From: a virus
Taxonomy: Duplodnaviria > Caudoviricetes
IMG/VR virus record: IMGVR_UViG_3300001765_000034
Coordinates: 1-64,000 of that record
Reading direction: 5' to 3' (one strand)
DNA length: 64,000 nucleotides
This document shows, piece by piece, positions 10,960-21,053 of this stretch. Position numbers and translations under genes: made by a program. The notes beneath the pieces are model-generated. The model was not told the DNA's origin and did no database searches. It saw only the letters and a program-made list of their open reading frames with translations. Position 1 is the first letter of the stretch. Every line of letters begins with the position of its first letter.

Positions 10960-11739
10960 ATGAATAATTTTATAAAGCAAGTAATAGAAGAAAAATTTGA
11001 GTCAAAAGCTCAACAGAGGTTATTCTTTGCTAAGGGTAAAAACAGTCCAAAATGGAAAAAATGGGCTAATGAATTTGCTGATAAAACTGATTTTAGTAAA
11101 TTACCCGAAAAATCTGAAGGAAAAGAACAAATGACTCTATCAAATACCGTTCATAATGGTAATGCGGAATCCGAGTTTACAGAAATAGTCGATGCTGATG
11201 GTGATATTCAACGTGGTGATATGCCAACTAATCTAAATGGTTATGTTATGTCTAAAAAAACTTCAGACCAAGTTGCAAAAAGTTCTATGGGACAAATGGG
11301 TTCATTTGGTGTTCTTGGCGGAGCAACTGGTGCTAACAAAACATTAAAATATTGGGCTGAATCTGATATGAGTAAAGCGTTAGGTGCCCCAGATACAATT
11401 GGAGAACCCGATACTGATTATGATGAAGCCGTAGAAATATTTCAAGATGAATTAGAAGTTCCTGAAGACGAAGCGAAAGAAAGAGCAAAACAAATGGGAT
11501 ATGATCCAGAATTACCGGATGGAAAACTTAGATTAATTGAAAATCCGGGGAAATATATCGAGGAGTATCTTACGAAAAAAACAAAAAAAAGTGAATTAGT
11601 AAAGAAACAATCGGTTGATACTTTTAAAAAGGATATAAACCCCATTATTAAAAAACAATTAGGTAGTCTTAAACAGTCATTAAAATCTAATGGATTATCA
11701 ATGAGTGACATTACTGAATATTTAGAAGATAATGAATAA
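10960..11739 (+). CDS. Hypothetical protein, probable head-associated
   Basis: 259 aa ORF; ATATTTAT motif at 10937-10944 upstream; several (I/L)xE motifs. Confidence 0.7.
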   Translation: MNNFIKQVIEEKFESKAQQRLFFAKGKNSPKWKKWANEFADKTDFSKLPEKSEGKEQMTLSNTVHNGNAESEFTEIVDADGDIQRGDMPTNLNGYVMSKKTSDQVAKSSMGQMGSFGVLGGATGANKTLKYWAESDMSKALGAPDTIGEPDTDYDEAVEIFQDELEVPEDEAKERAKQMGYDPELPDGKLRLIENPGKYIEEYLTKKTKKSELVKKQSVDTFKKDINPIIKKQLGSLKQSLKSNGLSMSDITEYLEDNE

Positions 11740-12205
11740 AGAACTAGAAAATCGTGTATTTCCAATACCACCCAATGTGTTGGATTTCATAAAACAACAA
11801 CCAAATAATTCTAGCGTTGATAGGAATAAACACCTCATTGCTAACGGAATTGTTACATACGGACAATTGAAAAGAATTTTACACGATATGAAGGTTATGG
11901 ATAAAAAAACTGATCCTCAAAAGTATAATTTATATGGTGGTCAACCTATGGAAGATTGGGGAAAATCAATTTTAAAACAAAATCGTGATACAGTTAAAAA
12001 TAATAAAGAAAGTAAAAAAATTGCCGATGATTTGACGGGTGAAAGAAAAAATTCTTTTAATAAAACCCATTCCACCTCCTTCACTCCAAAAGTAAATGTA
12101 AATGATGTAACGAAAGGTCATGAAAAATGGTCAGGAGCATCAACTTTTTCGGCTAAATCAATGAAATTGACTGAAGAAATAAATAGAATAAAGAAATTAA
12201 TGTAA
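11732..12205 (+). CDS. Hypothetical protein ending in LTEEINRIKKLM motif
   Basis: 157 aa ORF overlapping the upstream stop (operon-like). Confidence 0.7.
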   Translation: MNKELENRVFPIPPNVLDFIKQQPNNSSVDRNKHLIANGIVTYGQLKRILHDMKVMDKKTDPQKYNLYGGQPMEDWGKSILKQNRDTVKNNKESKKIADDLTGERKNSFNKTHSTSFTPKVNVNDVTKGHEKWSGASTFSAKSMKLTEEINRIKKLM

Positions 12206-12206
12206 T

Positions 12207-12890
12207 ATGGCAACAGAATTAGAACTAATTGCAACACGTCTAAGAAAAGAGTCAATTGCTCGTAATGAGTATAACTATACAGATGAATATGGGTCTACAA
12301 ATAAAAACGCCATTTCTGACGGTGATGAAAAAGGTAAAGGGGAATTAAGTGGATCTATTGGATCTTTAACAGATATTAATACTCGAATCTCTAACATTAC
12401 TAAAAATACCTATGATGAAAATAAAGGTTATGGTGTAACAAATCCAAATGCAATTTCCGATGGTGATGAAAAAGGTAAAGGTCAATATAGTGATATGGGT
12501 CAAGTTGGTGGTTTAACAGATATTAACCAACGAGAGGATAATTTAGGCCGAAATGGTTATAACGAAAATAAACCATACGGATCAACCAATCTGAATGCTC
12601 TTTCAGATGGAGACGAAAAAGGTAAAGGTGAGTTGAGTGGATCAATTGGTGGGAAAACCGATATTATTAGAAGAAAAGACAACATGGGTCGAAATATTTA
12701 CAACCCGAATTATGAATATGGGAAAACAAGTGCAAATGCAATATCTGATGGTGACGAAAAAGGAAAAGGTCAACTTAATGAGGATGGAACAATTGGAGGG
12801 TTAACAGATATTAACACAAGGACATCAAACCTTGGTAAAAACAAAACTTACGGTCCCGATAAAAAACAATACCCAGATTTTGTAATTTAA
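12207..12890 (+). CDS. Tandem-repeat protein (4 x ~48 aa, core NA(I/L)SDGDEKGKG...TDI)
   Basis: Four clear repeats visible in the translation. Confidence 0.75.
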   Translation: MATELELIATRLRKESIARNEYNYTDEYGSTNKNAISDGDEKGKGELSGSIGSLTDINTRISNITKNTYDENKGYGVTNPNAISDGDEKGKGQYSDMGQVGGLTDINQREDNLGRNGYNENKPYGSTNLNALSDGDEKGKGELSGSIGGKTDIIRRKDNMGRNIYNPNYEYGKTSANAISDGDEKGKGQLNEDGTIGGLTDINTRTSNLGKNKTYGPDKKQYPDFVI

Positions 12891-13726
12891 TGGATAGACT
12901 ATACTCTATATTACTTGAGCAAGAATCAACCATGTCGACATTAAGAAAGTCGATTGGTGAACGAATTCCAATATCAATATATTATCAAGGACCACCCGAA
13001 GAAGTTCGAACAGGCCAAAGAATAGATATTGAGCCAATAGTTATGGGTAAAAACTCAAAAAGTGGGAATTTAGTAATATGGGCATATGTTTTTAAAGGTG
13101 TTTCAAAAAAAGGTCTTCCGGGATGGAAAATGTTTAGAGTTGATCGAATCAATTCAGCTAAATTAAATCCATCGGGGAATAAGTTTAAACTTGAAGAACT
13201 CCCTGGGTATGTAAAAGGGAAAGCACCCGCAATGATGAAATCATTAAGTAGCGTTGAGATTTTTTCTCCTTATTGGTTTGATAAAGATGAGAAATATACA
13301 CCTCAACCACATCCAACTGACGTTCCTGTTGAACCAGAGATTCCCGTTAAATCTACCCCTAAACCTAATGTAACAAATAATTCCCCCGGAATATTAGCGA
13401 ATAAGGTTTATTCTGAATTACAACCACAAATTCAAAATCAAAATAATCGAAAGATAGTTTCAAGAACAGATTATGAAACCGCATTGAAAAATTTGGCAAA
13501 CTATCAAGAAGATCAATGGAAAGTACATCAAAGAATGATTAGTGGAAATGAAAGACCTGGTACAGGAACCAGAAAAAGGTTTAATGACACATCTAAATTT
13601 GAATTAGACAGAGTTTTAGCTCAAAACAATGTGGATGTTGATAATAACGTGAATATGGGAAACAACGAAATGTTGGCTGAGGGTCGTAGAATACAGACTC
13701 GGATTAAAAGGTTGATAAATTGGTAA
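12890..13726 (+). CDS. WYL-like domain protein (no HTH seen)
   Basis: ISIYY...RIDIEPIVMG...WAY...GWKMFRVDRI matches the WYL pattern (R-x-x-EP ... FR-x-DRI). Confidence 0.65.
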   Translation: MDRLYSILLEQESTMSTLRKSIGERIPISIYYQGPPEEVRTGQRIDIEPIVMGKNSKSGNLVIWAYVFKGVSKKGLPGWKMFRVDRINSAKLNPSGNKFKLEELPGYVKGKAPAMMKSLSSVEIFSPYWFDKDEKYTPQPHPTDVPVEPEIPVKSTPKPNVTNNSPGILANKVYSELQPQIQNQNNRKIVSRTDYETALKNLANYQEDQWKVHQRMISGNERPGTGTRKRFNDTSKFELDRVLAQNNVDVDNNVNMGNNEMLAEGRRIQTRIKRLINW

Positions 13727-13758
13727 TTTAGTGATATATTTTTATAAAATCATAAATA

Positions 13759-14172
13759 ATGGAAAATTTTAAACCAATTCAGTATGAGCCAAAAAGAAAT
13801 AATCGTTTTTTGGTTGAATTTCCAAAACAATTCAATATTGAATCATATGCGGTACGAAAAATAAATAATCCCAAATATACTAATGGTGAATGGGAAGATA
13901 TTAAAATTGAGTTTTTTGATCCAATCGCCCCATCTACATCACAAAGTTTATTTAAGATTATTGAGTTTTTAAAAACAAATGTAAATGATAGTAAAGTATT
14001 ATTTGACATTAAAATTAAATCATTAGACCCAACAGGTGTTGAAGTTGAAGAATGGGTTGTTGAAGTTGAAAAAATGTTAACGATTAACTTTGGCGAACTT
14101 GATTATGGTGATGATAAAATACAACAACCATATTTAATTTTTAAACCATTAAATTGTGTATTAAAGTATTAG
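13759..14172 (+). CDS. Tail-tube (gp19-like) family protein, short paralog
   Basis: YEPKRNNRFLVEF, WEDIKIEFFDPIAPSTSQ, LDPTGVEVEEW and FGELDY motifs are typical of gp19-like tube proteins. Confidence 0.6.
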   Translation: MENFKPIQYEPKRNNRFLVEFPKQFNIESYAVRKINNPKYTNGEWEDIKIEFFDPIAPSTSQSLFKIIEFLKTNVNDSKVLFDIKIKSLDPTGVEVEEWVVEVEKMLTINFGELDYGDDKIQQPYLIFKPLNCVLKY

Positions 14173-14229
14173 GTATGTCGGTAGATAAAATGGTAATTTA
14201 GTAATATATTTATAGTAAATTCGTAAAAA

Positions 14230-14853
14230 ATGGAAAAAGGTAGAATATCAATGGATGAATTGTCACAAAAATTAGTGGCATCTAGAAAGATAATGAAAAA
14301 AGTTGATTCCGGTGACTTTGAAAAAGGAAACATTAATGAAAATATGTTAAAAGCTCCCGAAGAACTTATGGGTGATACGACTCCGTCAACACCTCAAGTA
14401 AATCGATCTATACATAGAGCTCCCCAAACTGCAAATCCCGATAAAATTAGAGAATCTAAATTACCCGATGCAATTAAACAAGCAATGATTGATTCCCCAA
14501 TTCAACAAATTGGATTGGATTCCACGTTAGATATGAATTTTGTTGAAAAAACAAGGAGATTAATGGAAAACGATGGATACGTAACCCCTAAAAAAACAAC
14601 TCAATCTCAACAACAAACAAGAGAAGTACAATCTGAATCAAAAACAGAAAAAATCTCAAGTAGTGAATTAGAAAGACGATTAACTCCGATTATTGAAAAC
14701 GTAATTCGAAAAACATTGGATGAAATTGTTGATAGAAAGTTAAACCAAATTTTATCGGCATCCTTTAACCAATCGATTAACGAAAATCTTGCGATAAAAG
14801 TGGGAGACACAATCTTCTCAGGAAAAATTACCAAAGCAAAAAGTGTAAAATAA
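14230..14853 (+). CDS. Hypothetical protein
   Basis: 207 aa ORF; ATATTTAT at 14206-14213. Confidence 0.7.
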   Translation: MEKGRISMDELSQKLVASRKIMKKVDSGDFEKGNINENMLKAPEELMGDTTPSTPQVNRSIHRAPQTANPDKIRESKLPDAIKQAMIDSPIQQIGLDSTLDMNFVEKTRRLMENDGYVTPKKTTQSQQQTREVQSESKTEKISSSELERRLTPIIENVIRKTLDEIVDRKLNQILSASFNQSINENLAIKVGDTIFSGKITKAKSVK

Positions 14854-14905
14854 TTTGTTTTTTCCATTTTTTTTACTTATACTTTTGGCATAAACATATG
14901 ATTTT

Positions 14906-16138
14906 ATGTCAAAAATACGAATTTTAGCGATACCTCCCGACACACATGGCGTTGGCAAATATCGTATCATTGCTCCTTACACTTATCTCCAAGAGAATTA
15001 CCCAAATGATTTCCATATTGATATTAATCCAAATGTCGTGGATGATGATAAATCATTTGATGATTACGATGTCGTGGTATACCATACATTTATTCATAAT
15101 ACCGCAAACCATGAACGAAATATTGCCCGAGTTGAATGGTTAAATAAAAAGGGTATCATTACAATTGTCGATTTTGACGATTATTGGGAACCTGATTTAC
15201 GACATCCGTTGTTTAGTCAAGTTAAAGCATCCGGTATTGTGCCGTATAAGAAAAATATGATGAAAGCGGCGAAATACATCACCGTAACCACTCCAATTTA
15301 TAGGGATACAATGAAAAAAGTATTTGGTTTAACAAACGTATATGTATTTCCTAATGCCATCGATGAAAACGAACCACAATTTAGAAATAATTTAATTCCA
15401 TCCGATAAGATAAGATTCGGTTGGTTGGGTGGTTCTTCTCATAAACACGACATTGATTTATTGTCAACAGGTTTATCAATTATTTATAACAACTATAAGG
15501 AAAAAGTACAATTTGTTTTATGCGGATTTGACCTTAGAGGTAATGTTACTGAAGTTAATAAACAAACTGGTGAACATAAACAAAGACCAATTAAACCTGA
15601 AGAAACGGTTTGGACTCATTATGAAAAACAGTTTACTTCTAATTACAATAATCTTGATGAGGATTATAAGAAATTCTTACATCTCTATAAAGAAATCCCA
15701 TTTGACGACACTAATAAACCATATATTCGTAGATGGACTAAAAAAATTAACGAATATGCCACGAATTACAATTATTTTGACGTATCACTAGCTCCATTAG
15801 TTCCCTCTATATTCAATGCCAATAAATCTCAGTTAAAAGTTATTGAGGCTGGATTCTTTAAAAAAGCGTTGATTGCCAGTGATACTGATCCATATACAAT
15901 AGATTTGATCGGTGCGACGCTAAAAGGTGGTGGTTTTAATCCCCAAGGAAATGCATTACTTGTTGACCCTTTGAGAAACCATAAGGATTGGACAAAATAT
16001 ATGAAATTACTCATAGAAAATCCAAATATGATTAAGGATCTGGGTGAAAAACTTTATGAAACTGTAAAAGACAAATATTCATTGAAAAAAGTATGTGAAG
16101 ATCGATATCAATTTTTTAAATCAATAATAAACAAATAA
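14906..16138 (+). CDS. Glycosyltransferase, GT-B (GT4-like)
   Basis: GVGKYRI, DFDDYW, FGWLGGSSHKHD and DVSLAPL...FNANKSQLKVIEAG motifs. Confidence 0.8.
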   Translation: MSKIRILAIPPDTHGVGKYRIIAPYTYLQENYPNDFHIDINPNVVDDDKSFDDYDVVVYHTFIHNTANHERNIARVEWLNKKGIITIVDFDDYWEPDLRHPLFSQVKASGIVPYKKNMMKAAKYITVTTPIYRDTMKKVFGLTNVYVFPNAIDENEPQFRNNLIPSDKIRFGWLGGSSHKHDIDLLSTGLSIIYNNYKEKVQFVLCGFDLRGNVTEVNKQTGEHKQRPIKPEETVWTHYEKQFTSNYNNLDEDYKKFLHLYKEIPFDDTNKPYIRRWTKKINEYATNYNYFDVSLAPLVPSIFNANKSQLKVIEAGFFKKALIASDTDPYTIDLIGATLKGGGFNPQGNALLVDPLRNHKDWTKYMKLLIENPNMIKDLGEKLYETVKDKYSLKKVCEDRYQFFKSIINK

Positions 16139-16151
16139 AAAAAGAAAAATT

Positions 16152-16385
16152 ATGTATTATTTAGTAACTATCGGATATGAGTCCGAACAACAAGACAGAA
16201 ACGGTAATCCCCGTTTAGATAAGATAAAATATATCATTGAAGCCGAAAGTGCCGAAGAGGTAATTATCAGATCAGGAAAATATATTGCATCAGGAATGAG
16301 ATCAGGTGAGGTATTAGCGGTTGCTCAACAACCAATTGACTGTATCATTTCCGAAAAAGAAACTCCGGAATATTATAAGAAATAA
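16152..16385 (+). CDS. Small hypothetical protein
   Basis: 77 aa ORF in operon context. Confidence 0.6.
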   Translation: MYYLVTIGYESEQQDRNGNPRLDKIKYIIEAESAEEVIIRSGKYIASGMRSGEVLAVAQQPIDCIISEKETPEYYKK

Positions 16386-16399
16386 TTAAAGCAAAAATT

Positions 16400-16954
16400 A
16401 TGTTAACGATAACACAGTTAGAGAAGAATCAGAAAAGGTTTATTGAAACAAACCAAAAGTATAATATCTTCACAAAAGAGTTAGAGGATTTTTTGGGTGA
16501 GGCGTTTTACACCGCACCCGCTTCCTCTTCTTCAAATATGATTGGGTGTTATCCAGGGGGTTTATTACACTATCTAATTAAAGCGTGTACCTACGCCATA
16601 AAAGTGAATGAAATACTCCCAGATCGATTAAAACAACCCACAGCGGACATTGTACGTACCGTATTCATATCCCAAATCGGGAAGGTTTTCATGTTTGTTC
16701 TAAATGACAACGGAAACCCAGGAAGACCATACGGGTTCAATGACGATATAGTAAGGATGCATGTTAGTGAACGTTCAGTTTACTATGCATTAACCTATGG
16801 TGTGAAATTGTCTGAAAGTGAATATCAGGCAATTATGAACATTGAAAAAGATGGGGACGATAAACAGGCTAAATATTTTTCAGAACCTTTAACACAGGTG
16901 ATAAAACAAGGATTCGCTTTAGCGGCTATGGACGAAAAAAATGGAAAAGAATAA
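16400..16954 (+). CDS. HD-domain-like protein with degenerate metal ligands
   Basis: FYTAPAS...YPGGLLHY resembles the phage HD family, but the expected LHDLGK appears as ISQIGK. Confidence 0.55.
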   Translation: MLTITQLEKNQKRFIETNQKYNIFTKELEDFLGEAFYTAPASSSSNMIGCYPGGLLHYLIKACTYAIKVNEILPDRLKQPTADIVRTVFISQIGKVFMFVLNDNGNPGRPYGFNDDIVRMHVSERSVYYALTYGVKLSESEYQAIMNIEKDGDDKQAKYFSEPLTQVIKQGFALAAMDEKNGKE

Positions 16955-17552
16955 AAAAGAACTTGAAAAATATCTTCGTAAGTTACAAGAAATTGAAAAA
17001 CAAATCGACGGTGGGAGTGATGACTCCGAGTTATTTAATGAAGTAAATAAAATTATTGATGGTTTAACCAATGTAGCTCAAGAGGATATTACAAAAAATT
17101 CCGTTGGAGCTAAATTGAAATTCATCAACCAATCAGAGAATCCAGACCCGTCTTTTTCTAAAGAAGGTGATAGTGGATTTGATATAAGGGCATCAATACC
17201 ATTTGCAGTTCATATTCCCGTAGGAAAAATTAAACTTATCCCCACAGGTCTTTATTTTGAGGTGGATAAAGGATTAGAAATTCAAATACGATCAAGAAGT
17301 GGACTTGCAGCCAATAAAGGGGTGTTTGTTTTAAATAGTCCCGGAACTATTGACTCCGGTTATCGAGGTGAAATTAAAATTATTTTAGCTAATTTTGGGG
17401 ATTTTCCACTATCCGTTGAAAATGGGGATAGGATAGCTCAGGGAGTTGTTTGTCCAGTCTACGGTGAAGGTAATTTATCAATGATGAAAGTTAATAAATT
17501 ATCAAATTCTGAAAGAAATGAAGGCGGTTTCGGACATACTGGCATTGAGTGA
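16941..17552 (+). CDS. dut: dUTPase (trimeric)
   Basis: GDSGFDIRA, RSRSGLAAN, NSPGTIDSGYRGEIKI, DRIAQ and RNEGGFGHTG motifs. Confidence 0.95.
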   Translation: MEKNKKELEKYLRKLQEIEKQIDGGSDDSELFNEVNKIIDGLTNVAQEDITKNSVGAKLKFINQSENPDPSFSKEGDSGFDIRASIPFAVHIPVGKIKLIPTGLYFEVDKGLEIQIRSRSGLAANKGVFVLNSPGTIDSGYRGEIKIILANFGDFPLSVENGDRIAQGVVCPVYGEGNLSMMKVNKLSNSERNEGGFGHTGIE

Positions 17553-17599
17553 TATATTTATAAGTGACACAATAAACACTTATCTAATATAATGTAAAT

Positions 17600-18292
17600 T
17601 TGCAAACCACTAAGATTCTAAAGGGAACAACCAAAGAGCAAATTCGCCAAATTATTAAAAGACCAAAAGAGAAATTCCTAACTACTTCACAAGAACAGTA
17701 TTGGGATGTTTTGGATAAAAATCAAATTACATTTTGTTTCGGACCAGCTGGCGTTGGTAAATCATATATTGCCATGAAAAAGGCAGTTGATTTATTATGG
17801 AACGAAGACAATAAATACGAAAAGATAATCATAGTTCGTCCCGCAGTAGAAGCAGATGAACATTTAGGGGCACTTCCGGGTACATTGGAGGAAAAATTAG
17901 ACCCTTATATCTTTCCATCGTATTATCTTCTCAATAAAATTGTTGGGAAAGAAAATAGGATAAAATTGGAAGGAAGCGGATTTATCGAGAAAGCAGCCTT
18001 AGCATATATGAGAGGTTGGAACGTAGATAATTCAATATTAGTGTTCGAAGAGGCACAGAATGCAACAGTTAGTCAGATTAAGTTGCTGGTAACTCGAATC
18101 GGGTTCAACTCAAAATTTTTCATATCAGGTGACCTTGAGCAATCAGATAAATTTAAGGATAAAACAAAATCCGGTTTATATGATGCGAAAAATAGGTTTG
18201 CAGATATGAAGGATATTGGAATTTATGAATTCGGTATTGAGGATATCGTGCGTAATCCAATTATCACCGATATATTAAATCGGTACAATTAA
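17600..18292 (+). CDS. phoH: PhoH-family ATPase
   Basis: FGPAGVGKS Walker A, IIIVRPAVE, AYMRG, EEAQN, TRIG and GDLEQSD motifs. Confidence 0.95.
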   Translation: MQTTKILKGTTKEQIRQIIKRPKEKFLTTSQEQYWDVLDKNQITFCFGPAGVGKSYIAMKKAVDLLWNEDNKYEKIIIVRPAVEADEHLGALPGTLEEKLDPYIFPSYYLLNKIVGKENRIKLEGSGFIEKAALAYMRGWNVDNSILVFEEAQNATVSQIKLLVTRIGFNSKFFISGDLEQSDKFKDKTKSGLYDAKNRFADMKDIGIYEFGIEDIVRNPIITDILNRYN

Positions 18293-18330
18293 ATATTTAC
18301 TTATAAAGAAAATACTTTTATATTTCATCT

Positions 18331-19020
18331 ATGGATGTAAATATAAGTATTAACGGGCCTTTGCGTAATCTAATTCAAAAATTTGATTACCATTATAATG
18401 CCGAATTTATCGATTCCGAGGTCATAATCGATGATAATAAGGAATCTGAGCCGTTTGTGTATAAAGTATCGGATAAAGTTTTTAATGATAATTTATTAAA
18501 TTATTATACTTTTCAATCAATTGACGAGTATAATAATTTTTTATTTATAGACTTTCCACTTGAAATTTTTGGACACGCCGGAATAAGTTATATGTCGGCA
18601 ATGTCTGATTTAAACAAAATAATTTACGATAACCCAGATATTAATTTTACCGTAGTCGGCCTCGATGAATTGGGTAAAGCTAAATCTTCCACACTATTTT
18701 TCCTTTCCAAACACAGTTATTTAGGAAATAATATAAAATTTATTCGTTCATGTAACATTGATAAAGAATGGAAGAAATGTGACGTTTGGATTACCGATAA
18801 TAAAGAAATAATTGATAAATGTCCGAAAAATAAAACCGTAGTAAAATACTCAACCAATTATAATGATTATTTTACACATAAAAATGAAGTAAAAAACTTA
18901 ACAGAATGCTCGAAGTATTGGGAGAAAAGTACTACATCGATGTTGATGAGATTATTGAAAAATGTCGTCCCATCGGTTCACAAGAAAAACCATCCGATGA
19001 TGGTGAAGAAAAACAACTAG
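18331..19020 (+). CDS. 5'(3')-deoxyribonucleotidase/HAD-like protein with degenerate DxD motif
   Basis: N-terminus VNISINGPLRNL sits where IGIDLDGVLRD is expected; C-terminal DVWITDN resembles HAD motif IV. Confidence 0.45.
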   Translation: MDVNISINGPLRNLIQKFDYHYNAEFIDSEVIIDDNKESEPFVYKVSDKVFNDNLLNYYTFQSIDEYNNFLFIDFPLEIFGHAGISYMSAMSDLNKIIYDNPDINFTVVGLDELGKAKSSTLFFLSKHSYLGNNIKFIRSCNIDKEWKKCDVWITDNKEIIDKCPKNKTVVKYSTNYNDYFTHKNEVKNLTECSKYWEKSTTSMLMRLLKNVVPSVHKKNHPMMVKKNN

Positions 19021-19199
19021 AATTGAACGTATTTAAGTTCGATTGTTATAAAGTGTGTTTAGATAGAGTTTTATCTGAATATCAGGAAGAGGAAGACCAA
19101 GATGTGGCAGCTTTCACAAATAAAGTTAATAGTCCTGGATTTGCAATTGCGTTTAACACATTAGAAAAAAATGAAATATTAAAAAGAGATGAGTCCTAA
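18906..19199 (+). CDS. Hypothetical protein
   Basis: 97 aa ORF overlapping both neighbours. Confidence 0.65.
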   Translation: MLEVLGEKYYIDVDEIIEKCRPIGSQEKPSDDGEEKQLELNVFKFDCYKVCLDRVLSEYQEEEDQDVAAFTNKVNSPGFAIAFNTLEKNEILKRDES

Positions 19200-20259
19200 A
19201 ACTGACAAACAAACCACAATCGACTTCTTAGAAGAAGCATTGGGTCGATTAGAAAATTATGAAAGTGTAATATACTTCTTAGTATATGATACAAAAAACA
19301 ATGCACGAGCCGCTGTAAAGCACATTTACGACATGGCCTCAATTTTAAAGGAATCGGGGTATAATGCAAAAATTCTGGTAGAGGAGAAAGACTATACTGG
19401 CGTTAAAGGATGGCTTGGTGACGCGTACAATCACATTCCCATAATGACAATTAAAGAAGATAAGATTGAAATCCGGGCGGACGACACAATTATTGTTCCC
19501 GAACAATATTCAAATATTTTACCTCAATTGGCCAATATTAAATGTACAAAAATTATGTTGGTGCAACAAACGGATTATATATTTGAAACGCTAGCGATTG
19601 GTAGCAGATGGAGTCAATATGGGTTTGATAAATGTATTACCACGACAGAATCGGCAAAAAAACGAATCTTAGAATATTTCCCTGAAGTATTGGTTTATCT
19701 TATTCCTCCAATCATCGGAGTTCATTTTAAACCAATTGAAACTCCAACAAAACCTTTAGTTGCAATTAGTTGTAAGGATAGGTCAGTTCAAAGAAGAATA
19801 ATTTCAGAATTTTATTTAAAATTCCCCCATTTACGTTGGATTACATTTAGAGATATGGTACAGATGTCATATGGAGAATTTGCGTTGGAATTAAGTGAAT
19901 GTATGGTATCGGTATGGATTGATGACGAATCTACTTTTGGTACATTTCCACTCGAATCAATGAAATGTGGTGTTCCTGTTATAGGAAAAATTCCCGACAC
20001 TGAGCCAGATTGGTTAAGTGACAATGGATTTTGGACATATGATGGAAGTAAAATTGTTGACTTAGTCGGATCCTATGTATTAGCATGGTTAGATGGTGTC
20101 GAACTAGAAGACGAAATAAAACAGAAAATGAAGGACGCACATTCATCATTTACCAAAGACAACCATTCTTTAAACACCATTTCAATTTTCAACACTTTAT
20201 ATAATAAGAAAATTGAATCAATAAAGAAAAGTTTAGAAAGTATTAAATCGGAAAAATAA
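19189..20259 (+). CDS. Glycosyltransferase, GT-B (WsaF-like)
   Basis: ESTFGTFPLESMKCGVPVIG nucleotide-sugar-binding signature; N-terminal AAVKHIYDMASIL...GYNAKIL. Confidence 0.7.
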   Translation: MSPKTDKQTTIDFLEEALGRLENYESVIYFLVYDTKNNARAAVKHIYDMASILKESGYNAKILVEEKDYTGVKGWLGDAYNHIPIMTIKEDKIEIRADDTIIVPEQYSNILPQLANIKCTKIMLVQQTDYIFETLAIGSRWSQYGFDKCITTTESAKKRILEYFPEVLVYLIPPIIGVHFKPIETPTKPLVAISCKDRSVQRRIISEFYLKFPHLRWITFRDMVQMSYGEFALELSECMVSVWIDDESTFGTFPLESMKCGVPVIGKIPDTEPDWLSDNGFWTYDGSKIVDLVGSYVLAWLDGVELEDEIKQKMKDAHSSFTKDNHSLNTISIFNTLYNKKIESIKKSLESIKSEK

Positions 20260-21053
20260 TGAAAAATATTACAGTAATTCTCCCAATATATAAATTGGGA
20301 ATCAACGAAGCATTAATGTTGGATAATGCGTTGAACTCAGTGGACGGGTTTCATGAAGACGTGAAAGTGACCATTGTATGTCCAACAGAACTAATGGTTA
20401 AATTAGATGAGTTTCTTTTAGAAGTTAGCCATAGTACACTGGAGATTAAAAAACTCACAAATGTAGGTGAAACTGATTTCGTGTCACAACTTACATTAGG
20501 AATAGAGAATTGTGATACAGAATGGTTCTCTATCTTAGAAATTGATGACGAATATAAAAAAGTTTGGTTATCATCAATGAAAGAATATTCCGAGGCATAC
20601 ACAAACGCTAACATTCTTTTACCCATTGTTAAAGATGTGAACGTTGAAGGTAAATTCTTGGGTTTTATGAATGAATCTGTATGGGCTTATGGATTTTCAA
20701 CAGACCAAGGTGTGGTTGACAAAGAATTATTAATGGAATTTCAGAATTTTCAAACTAGTGGCGGATTATATCGAACACAAGTCATTAAAGATAATGGTGG
20801 GTTTAAAAATAACATAAAACTCACTTTTTCTTATGAATTTCTTTTACGAATGGCCAATCTCGATGTTGAAATCATTACTGTTCCAAAAGTTGGGTATCAA
20901 CATGTTAATTTAAGAGAGGAATCATTATTTTGGTTATATAAAAATGATGAGAAATGGGCATTATCTGAAAATGAGGTGAAGTTTTGGTTAGAAACCGCGA
21001 AAAAAGAGTTTTATTTTAAAAATAAAAGAGAAATTTTATATAAAGCAGTTTAA
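20259..21053 (+). CDS. Glycosyltransferase, GT2-like
   Basis: ITVILPIY start, TEWFSILEIDD DxD-like motif, YEFLLRM. Confidence 0.7.
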   Translation: MKNITVILPIYKLGINEALMLDNALNSVDGFHEDVKVTIVCPTELMVKLDEFLLEVSHSTLEIKKLTNVGETDFVSQLTLGIENCDTEWFSILEIDDEYKKVWLSSMKEYSEAYTNANILLPIVKDVNVEGKFLGFMNESVWAYGFSTDQGVVDKELLMEFQNFQTSGGLYRTQVIKDNGGFKNNIKLTFSYEFLLRMANLDVEIITVPKVGYQHVNLREESLFWLYKNDEKWALSENEVKFWLETAKKEFYFKNKREILYKAV

